Shown: positions 19,165-28,500 of the stretch, one piece after another
Layout of the letters: every line of letters starts with the position of its first letter
Position numbering within the stretch: the first letter of the stretch is position 1
DNA from: a virus
Taxonomy: Duplodnaviria > Caudoviricetes
DNA length: 57,029 bases
Virus record (IMG/VR): IMGVR_UViG_3300043425_000238
Coordinates: 1 to 57,029 of that record
Strand: one strand, 5' to 3'
Notes under the pieces: model-generated
Seen by the model: the letters and a program-made list of their open reading frames with translations, nothing else
Told to the model about the DNA's origin: nothing
Databases searched by the model: none
Position numbers and translations under genes: made by a program

Positions 19165-19182
19165 AGGGGGCCGAAGCCCCCT
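19165..19182 (-). terminator. GC hairpin with cUUCGg loop after the major capsid gene
   Basis: agggggc-cgaa-gccccct; weak U-tract suggests partial termination. Confidence 0.55.
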
Positions 19183-19192
19183 GCTTTACAAC

Positions 19193-20107
19193 TTAGATAC
19201 CAGGAGTACCGAAAGCAGCACGTGGATCTGTCCAGCCTAATGAGTAACGCTCTGTCGCTTTGTAGCGCATTGAGTCAGTCTCAAAATCACCTTCCATAGA
19301 TTTCTCTAAACCACGACGCATAACGATTTTCAAGCCTTCAGGAGCATCTGTCTTCACCCACCAAGCAGTGTTTGAAGTCAAACGTGACATGTTAGCTTGA
19401 CCACCAGCTAATAGACCCATTGATTTAATTGGGTTCAAGTCGTTGTCTGCTGTACCAGCGCGCAATACGCTGTTCAACAATACTTCGCCTTGGAACACAT
19501 TTGATGGGCTCAATACTAGTTTTTGTGGTGTTAAACGGATACGCTTGCCGTTGTTGTCAACAGCTTGACGGATCTGGATCAAGATTTGTTCCAATGATGT
19601 TTGTGACAATGCAGCTGCAGTTGTTAACTGATTGCTGAATGTACCATTCACGATTGGGTGTGATGCGTTAATCAATGACACACCGTCGCCACCTTGGTAA
19701 GCGTTATTGAATGAGTTATTCAATACGTTAGCTGCCAAAGTTTCTTTAGTTTCAATCAATGATTGAGCTAAGTGACGAGCGTATGTTTGACCGATACGGA
19801 TATGGTCACCATCTTCTACCAAGACTTTAGTCAAGGCAAAAGCTAGGCCATATACTTTGTACCAGTAGCGTTGTGCAAATAACACACCGCCTGATTGGTA
19901 TGTAACTGCCATACCGTCAGGTAGTTCAGGAGCAGCGCCAAAACCGTAAAGAACTGGTTCTTCATGGTAGTTACGTTTGATACCTTGAACTTCGTCAAAT
20001 ACACCTTTCCATTCGTCAGCACGTTGGGTATAAATACCGTCAAAGCTTTCGTTTAGAATTGGTTCTACAATACTACGGAAGTCCGTACTTCTCATTGGGG
20101 TAGCCAT
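19193..20107 (-). CDS. Major capsid protein (HK97 fold, Mu gpT-like family)
   Basis: 304 aa; EEPVL.GFG.AP..., YGLAFALT..L.ED, GGDGV.L....HP, GDFET...RYKA.ERYS.GWTDPR; follows scaffold and cement genes. Confidence 0.85.
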   Translation of the reverse strand: MATPMRSTDFRSIVEPILNESFDGIYTQRADEWKGVFDEVQGIKRNYHEEPVLYGFGAAPELPDGMAVTYQSGGVLFAQRYWYKVYGLAFALTKVLVEDGDHIRIGQTYARHLAQSLIETKETLAANVLNNSFNNAYQGGDGVSLINASHPIVNGTFSNQLTTAAALSQTSLEQILIQIRQAVDNNGKRIRLTPQKLVLSPSNVFQGEVLLNSVLRAGTADNDLNPIKSMGLLAGGQANMSRLTSNTAWWVKTDAPEGLKIVMRRGLEKSMEGDFETDSMRYKATERYSLGWTDPRAAFGTPGI

Positions 20108-20120
20108 TTGTCAGACCTCC

Positions 20121-20726
20121 TTAGATTGAAGCTGTTGGATACTTGTAAGCTGCTTCGTTCAATCGAACGTATGCAACAACATAAGCATCTGTTAGCGTTT
20201 GGTTAATATTAGTTGCGAAGCCAGTGATTTGGAACTGACCAGTACCTGAACCTTGGATAGCACCTAAATAAGCGCTAGACAAGCCAGTACGAGTAGAACC
20301 ACCTGGAGCTGTAAAGCCGTCCCAGTCACATTGCTCACCCACAGCTGTTTGTACTGAATCAGTACCTGCTGTACCTGGGTTAGTATATTGAGCCTCAAAC
20401 AAAGTTTCAGGATCATCGTATACGTACGCTGTAATTTCAGTAGCAGTTGTACCACCAATCCAGTATGGAGAGATAGAAGGTTTGCCAGTTGAATCACGGT
20501 ATTCAACACCAGCTAATGTACCCAAAAGAGTAACACCGCCAGTTGTACCAGTACGTGTACCATCGGTAGTACCCAATTGGATAACACCGTTGTCAGTCAA
20601 CTTAACAGGATCACCAGAGAAGATGTTCGTTGCGTAAGTTGAAGTAATTGTATAAGCTTTCGGACGAATCTGACCACTGTTGTGGAAAGAAGGGCGGAAG
20701 CCAAAAGGTGCGCTTGTAGAAGGCAT
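20121..20726 (-). CDS. Capsid cement/decoration protein
   Basis: APFGFRP, IFSGDPV, V.DDP...FE.Q, STRTGLS; directly upstream of the capsid gene. Confidence 0.65.
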   Translation of the reverse strand: MPSTSAPFGFRPSFHNSGQIRPKAYTITSTYATNIFSGDPVKLTDNGVIQLGTTDGTRTGTTGGVTLLGTLAGVEYRDSTGKPSISPYWIGGTTATEITAYVYDDPETLFEAQYTNPGTAGTDSVQTAVGEQCDWDGFTAPGGSTRTGLSSAYLGAIQGSGTGQFQITGFATNINQTLTDAYVVAYVRLNEAAYKYPTASI

Positions 20727-20753
20727 CTTAATACTCCTTAAATTAAGTCAAAA

Positions 20754-21293
20754 TTAGGACAAGTCAAACTGAGCTCGTCCACGGTTTTGCCTCAAGTCCT
20801 GCATACCATCACCTTCGAATATACGCGTGCCTTGACCTTCTGCTTGGTCCTTCATGAACTCAGCAGTGTCTGTTAGTTTTTCAAGTTCACGCAATGGCGC
20901 ATCGTGGTGAGCCTCTTGCATGTATTTCTCATAAAGAGAAAGTGGCAACTTAAACGCTAACATTTCGTTAACACCGATAAACCCTGTCCATTCGCCAGAT
21001 TTAATTGACGTGGCTTCCCAGCCTGGAATATCTTCCGGCTTCACAGGTTCATAACCCAAACGCATACGCATATTAACAGTGTCGCGTGGGTTAGTAGTAG
21101 TTAACCAGCATACGTGATAGCCTGGTATCTTTGGTAAATCAGGAAGTGCGGCTTGGAAGAACTGTTGTCGAAACATGTCTAGACGGTCTGCATCACTGAT
21201 CTCACGGTTCTCCGTGACTGCACGATCTTCCATCGCACGATCTTCTCGACCTTCACCTTTTGTTTTCTTTAAACGTTCGTCGTTAGTGCTCAT
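20754..21293 (-). CDS. Conserved head-module protein
   Basis: LP.IPGYH.CW......D....R...GYEPV motif; between scaffold and cement genes. Confidence 0.65.
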   Translation of the reverse strand: MSTNDERLKKTKGEGREDRAMEDRAVTENREISDADRLDMFRQQFFQAALPDLPKIPGYHVCWLTTTNPRDTVNMRMRLGYEPVKPEDIPGWEATSIKSGEWTGFIGVNEMLAFKLPLSLYEKYMQEAHHDAPLRELEKLTDTAEFMKDQAEGQGTRIFEGDGMQDLRQNRGRAQFDLS

Positions 21294-21321
21294 TACTTGC
21301 TCCTTTTCAGCAATTAGAAAA

Positions 21322-21352
21322 ATTATATTCTAAGTTTTTAAATAAATATACA
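21322..21352 (-). promoter_or_regulatory. Putative late promoter TGTATATTT-N16-TATAAT driving capsid genes
   Basis: Identical motif and spacing to 4859-4889; AT-rich intergenic gap. Confidence 0.5.
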
Positions 21353-21355
21353 AAA

Positions 21356-22318
21356 TTAGTTACTTGAATGCTCTCGGTCGTACTCAGCGTAGCGCTTAGC
21401 ATAACGTTGACGCAAGACTGGATCATCCCAAACACCTGCTTCCATCATCGCTGCTTTACGCTCTGGTGAGATGTAGATCTCCTTGCGAGTTGATGTTGGT
21501 GCATGTTCACGGCCAGATCCTACAGCAGGTCCGCCTGTTGGCTTACGCACAGGTTTAGACTGCTTACTAAACTTCTCAGGAAGTCTACGCTCAATACGGG
21601 TTTGAAGTTCATCCCAATATTCTTCGCTGCGTGGGTCATAACCTTCTTGCGCAAGCTTAGCATCAATAGCCAGTACAATAGCTGAGTCTTCATCACGACC
21701 TTGTGGGTCATACCAACTATTTGACTCCATGAACTCAGAAGCGTAATGCTCAACAGCTTTATCGATGCTAGGTTGTTGGCGTTGCTGACCTTGTTGAGTT
21801 GCTTGTTGCTTAGCGTAGTTAAGTTGATTTGCCTTGGCAATAGCTTGGTCACGGAATTTCAAAGCTTTCGCTACGTCTTCACCGTTACCTGCTTCAACCG
21901 CTTTAGCAATAATGCGTTCAGCTGTCTCTGCTTCGTTAACCGCTTCTTGTAACTGACGGTCAATGTCGCTAATAGAGATCTTGTGCGAATTATTTTCTAG
22001 ATTAGCCATGCGGCGTTCTAGTTCGTCATTGCGCTGACGCAAGAAGTTAAGCTCAACTTTGTCTCGGCCAATGGCCTTTTGTTGACGTTCTTTGCGTTCT
22101 TTTTTCTCTAGACGTCGACGTTCACGAATAGCAGCACGTTCGTCATCGTCGCCATCGTCGTTTGATTTGGCAGATGCTTCGTCCTCGTCATCATCGTCGT
22201 CTTGTTGTTCGTTAGCAGGTTTTTCAACAGCTACGTACTCTGTATCCTGACCTTGCTTCTCATTTTCGTCCTCATCATCCTCGATCAGGACTAACTCATT
22301 TTCTTTATCTTCAGCCAT
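21356..22318 (-). CDS. Scaffolding protein
   Basis: Acidic N-terminus, long coiled coil, N.WY, L..EG.DP.S.EYW.EL..R motif; upstream of the capsid gene. Confidence 0.7.
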   Translation of the reverse strand: MAEDKENELVLIEDDEDENEKQGQDTEYVAVEKPANEQQDDDDDEDEASAKSNDDGDDDERAAIRERRRLEKKERKERQQKAIGRDKVELNFLRQRNDELERRMANLENNSHKISISDIDRQLQEAVNEAETAERIIAKAVEAGNGEDVAKALKFRDQAIAKANQLNYAKQQATQQGQQRQQPSIDKAVEHYASEFMESNSWYDPQGRDEDSAIVLAIDAKLAQEGYDPRSEEYWDELQTRIERRLPEKFSKQSKPVRKPTGGPAVGSGREHAPTSTRKEIYISPERKAAMMEAGVWDDPVLRQRYAKRYAEYDREHSSN

Positions 22319-22334
22319 AACTAGCTCCTTTCAG

Positions 22335-22736
22335 CTATATGAAGGCACGGATTGCTAATGGGTCAGATGTAACTTTACCAATTAGATCAGTGTCTTTAAA
22401 AATTACGAACAACGCGGCAGTCTCTTTATCTACAGGGACTTCCCATCGATCGCCGCCATATTTGGCTACTCGAACATAATCACCCTCTTTGCACCACGCT
22501 CCTTCAGGCCAAGAATCCATAGTATTTCGATTTTTGAATGCTAAAGGACCAACAGAAACAACTCGACCGATCTGCGTATTCCACTTTTCAGTGTCACGCG
22601 TATCAGAGACAAGCTCGATGCCACTCTTAGTTTTTGTGATTGCATTGCGGATTTGAATTAAGACATAACTACCAAACGGTTGAACGCCTGGATCTGCCTT
22701 AGGAAAAGCTTCTTCTAACGTCTGTTCACTAGACAT
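22335..22736 (-). CDS. groES: Phage co-chaperonin GroES
   Basis: P.G.YVLI...KTKSGI.L...GRVVSVGP.A...W..EGD.V...KY.G...D.D.IG. Start moved to MSSEQ after a GAGG RBS. Confidence 0.85.
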   Translation of the reverse strand: MSSEQTLEEAFPKADPGVQPFGSYVLIQIRNAITKTKSGIELVSDTRDTEKWNTQIGRVVSVGPLAFKNRNTMDSWPEGAWCKEGDYVRVAKYGGDRWEVPVDKETAALFVIFKDTDLIGKVTSDPLAIRAFI

Positions 22737-22914
22737 CATCATCCTCTTCTTTATTGATTGACAAAAGTATTGCGATAGCACGCTCATAACCAGCGTACAT
22801 CCCGGAAACCCGTCCATATTCGAACGAATCTCTAGAATTTGGGCTGCGAAGAGCAGCGGCTGCCAATTCCGCTTGCTCTTGCTGTAATTTCATTACTGCT
22901 TTTTCTACACTCAT
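22729..22914 (-). CDS. Small conserved protein between portal and GroES
   Basis: FEYG...G.Y.G...A motif; coupled to neighbours. Confidence 0.6.
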   Translation of the reverse strand: MSVEKAVMKLQQEQAELAAAALRSPNSRDSFEYGRVSGMYAGYERAIAILLSINKEEDDDV

Positions 22915-23042
22915 GCTGGTGTTTTTGGTGTCTTAACCGGTGTACCAGTTTGAGTCTTACCATTCACATTGCCGCCCATCGCCATACGGTGATGTTGTTT
23001 AACGCCTTGTGAATTCTTTTGCTCTTGATCTGATGTTGCCAT
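22911..23042 (-). CDS. Small protein (43 aa) with MAMGGNV motif
   Basis: Read by hand: MATSDQEQKNSQGVKQHHRMAMGGNVNGKTQTGTPVKTPKTPA; GGAG RBS. Confidence 0.5.
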   Translation of the reverse strand: MATSDQEQKNSQGVKQHHRMAMGGNVNGKTQTGTPVKTPKTPA

Positions 23043-23052
23043 GATTAGCTCC

Positions 23053-25524
23053 TTAAGGATTAGGGTTAATACCGGTACCAGTCGACAAGGAAGTCTTCTC
23101 GCCTGATGCTACTTCAACTGCTACCAATTCCTTAGCAGTGTCGTTGTCTTCTTGGTTCATCTTCATACGTGCTAGAACCTCAAGTTTAGTACGTTCGTCT
23201 TCACGATCTTGTTTCAATGTTTCCATTGCCATTTCAACTTGTGGTTTGACTTGCATGTCTTGTTGTTTCATCGCAAGCTCTTGCTGCTTGATTGCAACAG
23301 TTTGACTTGCTTGCTCACGACGCTGTTCAACAGACATTTGTTGTACTTGGGCAGCCAACTGAGCAGGATCTGCTGGTTGTTGTGGTTGATATTGCTGTGC
23401 CTCTTGGAAGGCTTGCGTCATCAACTGCAAGAACTCAGGCGGGATTGCTTGCTCAAGTGTTTGCATAATCTCAACAGCTGCATTTGCTTGACTCATCTCG
23501 TCATTGCCGTCAACCAAGCCACGTTCTTCAGCCAAATCAAGACCTTTAACAGACATTTTGAGGTAATGCAACAACAAGTGGTCTTTAATGTGAGCCACAA
23601 TTGCTGGCAAGAACATAGGTGCAATGGCTGGATTCTTACCAAACAATGGTGATTGTAAGAATGCCATGTGAACCCGTAAGTGGGCAATATGATCTTGATG
23701 AGGTAGAGCGCCGATTGGTTTGCCAACTGATGCTGCTACGTTCTCTTGCATTGGATCTGTATCTTTAGGCTCAGGCTGAGGGATCAATAAGTCGTCAGCT
23801 TCTGGCACTTTCATCTGTTTCAAGAACAGTTGCTCAACTTTACGAATGTCGTAGATCTGTGGGAACTGGGCAGCACGCTGCTGGATAGCCGAGATCTGCG
23901 CGAAACGTTGTGTTTCACTAAAGATCGCAGGGTCTGAGACTGGTATCACATCCATTGGACCATCGAAGTCTTCTGGGCGCACCATCTCTTCGCCAGTTTC
24001 GTCAATTACGTCTTCTTCAGTCAAATATGCGCTATTTAAGCGATGCACGACCTTCAAAACTTGGGCCATTGAGTTGTGCAAGCGGGCATGAATTGATGAG
24101 AATACCACCATGCCTTGCTCGATTAACGCCAATGTTGTACCAACTGGCATGTTTGGATTGGTATCTGATAGCTTCTCGAAAGAAGTTTGTACCACGCCTT
24201 TGCCTGAGTCAACAAGGAAGCCTAACAGTGTCATCAATACTGATGAAGGTGGGTTGAAAGGCATTGGCATTGCGATCTTACGAACGTCGTCAATGTTCAC
24301 ACCGCCTTCGATCTCAACTACTTCAGTTGGCTGAGGATTCAAGTTCTGACCGTTTGGTCCGCCTTTTAGCTTCAACATCGTTGGAATGTTGTTGATATGG
24401 GCTGAATCTAACAAGGCGCGTAACGCACCTGTTGCAGCACCACTCAAACCACCGATCATTTGTGTTAGACCGATTGGGTAAGCACCACGCCAAGGGATGA
24501 ATGGGAACTCAACCATGTTGATGAGCTCTTCGTGTGTTTCGTCGTCTGGCAGCCAGTTACGGTAGACAGATAAAACCTTACGAGTTGCTTTATCAATTGA
24601 GATAATGTACGGATCAAACATGTCACCTTCAAGGTCCGCATATGCAGTGATCTCAAAGATCGTTCTTAATCCGTCTTCGTTGTAGGTATCCTCTGTACGA
24701 CCTTCAATCTTGTCGTTAGCTTTAGTTGCTTTAGAGTAGTCGATGTCATCAGGGAGACCAAGATCTACTTCACGATACATGCCTGAAGCTACGCGCTTCT
24801 GATATTCAAATGCTGTGATGTATTGAACGTGAGTCTTGCGCTCTGCTGAATAATAGTTTGACGCTGCAAACGGCAAGTACACATCATCAACAGGAACGAA
24901 TTCAGTTGTGATACGACGTTTGCCATGGTCATAATAGACTTTAAGATATTGCACACCGCCTAGTGGCAGTTGTGTTGTTAGCTGTTCCAGGTCAGACCTA
25001 AACTCAGGGATCTGTTCAGTAAGCTGCCAATTCATGTATTTGGTTTTGCGTTCAGCTTTTTCCAGCTTGCCTTTGTCGGTCTTACCTGGGATCTTGGAGC
25101 GAACAGGTCCGTTTGGTGGAAACAACTCTTTCATAGCTCTCGCTGAGAAGTCCACACAAGCTTCAGTCATCATAGGATGAACGACCTTGTTTGCGCCTGT
25201 GAATTGAGCACCGCCTGGAGCGTCATCGCCAAGACCAGTTCTGCGGATACCTTCTTCGTATTGTTCGTCACGCTTCTTACGAGCGTCTTTATCTCTAGTG
25301 ATCTTGTCTAACAGGTCGTTAGCAACGACGTCTAACTCGCGTTGATCAAGGTCATCAACAATGTTAGCAAAGTGTTCTGTTTGGAATTGACGGTCTGCTT
25401 CATTCTCTTCTAGAGAAATGATAGCTCCACCCTCTTCGGTCTCTTCTACGTCGCTCTTATCATCCTCGAGCTCGACCATTTGGTCTTCCATCTCATCTTC
25501 AAAGTCTTGTGGATCTTGCGCCAT
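23053..25524 (-). CDS. Portal protein (P22-like podoviral)
   Basis: 823 aa; H.ANI, V.HP...EAC..F.ARA.KELFP..GPV, PVGTTLALIE, DVIPVSDP; Gln-rich C-terminal barrel. Confidence 0.85.
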   Translation of the reverse strand: MAQDPQDFEDEMEDQMVELEDDKSDVEETEEGGAIISLEENEADRQFQTEHFANIVDDLDQRELDVVANDLLDKITRDKDARKKRDEQYEEGIRRTGLGDDAPGGAQFTGANKVVHPMMTEACVDFSARAMKELFPPNGPVRSKIPGKTDKGKLEKAERKTKYMNWQLTEQIPEFRSDLEQLTTQLPLGGVQYLKVYYDHGKRRITTEFVPVDDVYLPFAASNYYSAERKTHVQYITAFEYQKRVASGMYREVDLGLPDDIDYSKATKANDKIEGRTEDTYNEDGLRTIFEITAYADLEGDMFDPYIISIDKATRKVLSVYRNWLPDDETHEELINMVEFPFIPWRGAYPIGLTQMIGGLSGAATGALRALLDSAHINNIPTMLKLKGGPNGQNLNPQPTEVVEIEGGVNIDDVRKIAMPMPFNPPSSVLMTLLGFLVDSGKGVVQTSFEKLSDTNPNMPVGTTLALIEQGMVVFSSIHARLHNSMAQVLKVVHRLNSAYLTEEDVIDETGEEMVRPEDFDGPMDVIPVSDPAIFSETQRFAQISAIQQRAAQFPQIYDIRKVEQLFLKQMKVPEADDLLIPQPEPKDTDPMQENVAASVGKPIGALPHQDHIAHLRVHMAFLQSPLFGKNPAIAPMFLPAIVAHIKDHLLLHYLKMSVKGLDLAEERGLVDGNDEMSQANAAVEIMQTLEQAIPPEFLQLMTQAFQEAQQYQPQQPADPAQLAAQVQQMSVEQRREQASQTVAIKQQELAMKQQDMQVKPQVEMAMETLKQDREDERTKLEVLARMKMNQEDNDTAKELVAVEVASGEKTSLSTGTGINPNP

Positions 25525-25527
25525 GCT

Positions 25528-28500
25528 TTATGCTCCAAGTAATTGGTCAGCTAAGTTGTTGATTTCTTCGTCATTATATACTAAACCACCCTTTGCGTAC
25601 TTAGGACCTTTAGTACCGCCGCCCATATTGGCTGGTCCTGAAACTCCGCCCATGCCTATGTTGGTATTAGTTGGTGTGTATCCGCTAGATCCTGAGCTAG
25701 ATGAAGTTGAGGATGAGGATCCTGAACGGGTGCTAGGTGATGCATACCCAAAGTTATATCCTGAAGAACCGCCACCGTAAGAAATAGACGCTTGCATAGC
25801 TTGTTCTGCGGCGGCTTCTGCTTCCATTCTAGCCAAGAATTCTTCCTCTAACTCGTCTATTTCGCTGTTTTCTTTATCTACGCTAATGTTATTTTGTTGA
25901 CCCCATGCGATGTTATTTGCTCGCATCCTGTCGTAGTAGCTTCGAGTATTAGCTATTTGGTTTGTTCTACTTTGAGCTGCCGCCGCTCTTGCTTTAGGTG
26001 ACATGTAGTTTTGCTTTGCTGGGTGGTTATTATCATATATACCTTGAGCCATGGCATTGTACGCAGCGGCATTATATTCCTTGTACGCTTCAGGATCAAA
26101 TTTTTCTGTGTTACTTGTTGGATTCCATTTTGATAAGTTCATGTTATATGCCAACACAGCATCCCAGTATCCTTCAGGAACGGTTATTCCTTCAACAAGA
26201 GGTGTAGTAGAGTTCCAAGCCCAAGATAAATTATCTACAGGATTTGCTCCTGACGCATCCCAACTGTGCGCATACAATGGCAACTTAGATATTGGATTAG
26301 TAGTATCTAGCGTAGCCCAATCAGGCGTATCTGTACGACCTGAAGCTTGGTATTGCTTATACAAATTTGGTAAATCTGAATCTGGTCCAAAAACCCTTGC
26401 TTGCGTCATTAAGAAGTTATGGTATGGATCTGCATATTGACCCCCTACATTCTGAGCATACCTGTCGTAGAAGTCATCACCAAACAACATGCCTTCATGT
26501 TTTGTGTACATTGGCGCTTTTGTTACAGACTGGACAGTAGGCGTAGCTACTGGTGCAGTTGCTTGCGGCATAGTTGCTGCTGGTGCAACAGGTTTAGGTA
26601 CAGCTGACTGCTCAGCATAGTACTTAGCTAACTCGTTAAGGTCAGGGTTTACTGTAACAGGTTTTGCTTGATTGTAGTTTTGCAGCCAGTTAGATGAGTC
26701 TGCCAAGTTGTTTAGTTGCTGAAATTGGTTAGAGCTAATGCCATACTTAGCTAGGTCAGGTTGTGCAATTGGCGTGCTAAGTGTTGGTGAATAACTAGGT
26801 AACGTTGGTGAATAACTAGGTAACGTTGTAGACGAGTAGCTATTCATCAATGGTGCTATGGGTGTAGGAGCACTAAACGTAGCTAAAGGTGTGTAGTACT
26901 TAGCTTGCAGATCAGTAAGTCCTGGCATGCTTGCGTTTGTGTAGTATTTACTAATGTCTGTATTCACGGCGCCTCCTTCGGCGTAACCTGGCTCCTCGTA
27001 TTGAGGTAACATCTTAGAAGTACGTCGACCGTATTCCGCTGATCTACGCGCTATGTCTGCTTCACTTGCACGACGTGCTCGTTCCTTAATTCCTGCTTCA
27101 ACGCCTGCCATGTTCTCGTAGTAGTCGCCAACAGCATCGGCTTTAGGACCAGTAAATGGCGAGAAGAAGTAGTCGGTATATTGATACGCTTTAGCCATGT
27201 CTCTAGCAACATCAATAGGTATGTCGCCTCGAACGCCAAAGTCATAACCTCCACCGTAGTTGATTGCTGCATCTAAGGGTGAACGATTCACTCTTGAGTT
27301 GCCTACTTCGTCTAGGTACTTCTCTTTGAGCGCTGATGACAAGATGTCTGGATACTTGCCATGCTCTTTAGCTTGTTTGTTGTACTGAACACGATACTTG
27401 GCTGCCTTAGCTAAGAGCTTTGCTTTGTCAATGACTGACAAGTCAGCAAATGGATCTTTGACTTCACCGCCTTTAGCAAAGCCTGTTGGATTCTTAAACG
27501 CTGACTCACCATGTCTTGCTTGTAAGTCACGCCATTCAACTGCCTTCTTATAGATCTCTGGAGTCATGTTACCTGCTGCAACAGCATCGATCTCATCAAG
27601 GCTTAGCAAAGGATTGATTGAAGGGAAGCTACCACGTTCGTCGTCCATTGAATACTCGGTGACTGTTGAACCTTTAAGATTACCTCGACCTCTTTGTTCT
27701 CCTGCCCATCCTTCGGCTTTAGGTAGCATTTCACCACCGTAGGAACCGTCTTTATTTCGATATGCACGGAGACCGTATGGGTTTGGGTAGTCACGATATG
27801 ATACTCCTCCTTCGCTAGGTGCTGTCTCAAAGATTGAATCACTTAGCTTGTCGATCTGTTCTTCGTCATAGTCTGATGCTACAAGACCGCCTGCTGCGTA
27901 GCCAGGTACTTGCTGACCTGGTCCTGTAAGAATGTATTCGCGTGCTTCAGGAGATAGCTTGATCTCGTGGTAGTAAGGTGCATCAACAATGTCAAGGTTA
28001 CGTTTAAGATGACGCCCTTCTAGTGTATTGATCTCAATCCCTGGGATCTTACGAAGTGGATCTAGTCCTTCCTTCATTACAGCCTTGTCGTAAATGGCAG
28101 CGTAGTCTTCAGGTATACTAAGTCCTCGTGTATCAGATATTGGATACGAGGTAGGAACGTAAACATAATCGGCGCCACGCTCTGCTGCATCTTGTACAGC
28201 TGACTTGAGAAGGGTGCCGTGCACTTGATGTAACGGTCCTGTTTGCTCAACACCTTTTTGTGCGTCTGATTGGATCTCTTCGATTACGTAGCTGTTAGGC
28301 TTTGTAGTGATACCACCTTTAAGTTCAAGTGGTTCAGTCGATGCGTATGAACCACGGACATGTCCAACAAGTCCTTCAGGAGCTTCGCCTGATCTGTAGT
28401 GCTTGTATTCGCCTGTTTGAGAAGGGTGCGTCACGCCAAATTCAAAGTAGTCATGCGGTGCTTGTGACTGTACTAAGCGCTGTATGCCTTCGTAAGGGTA

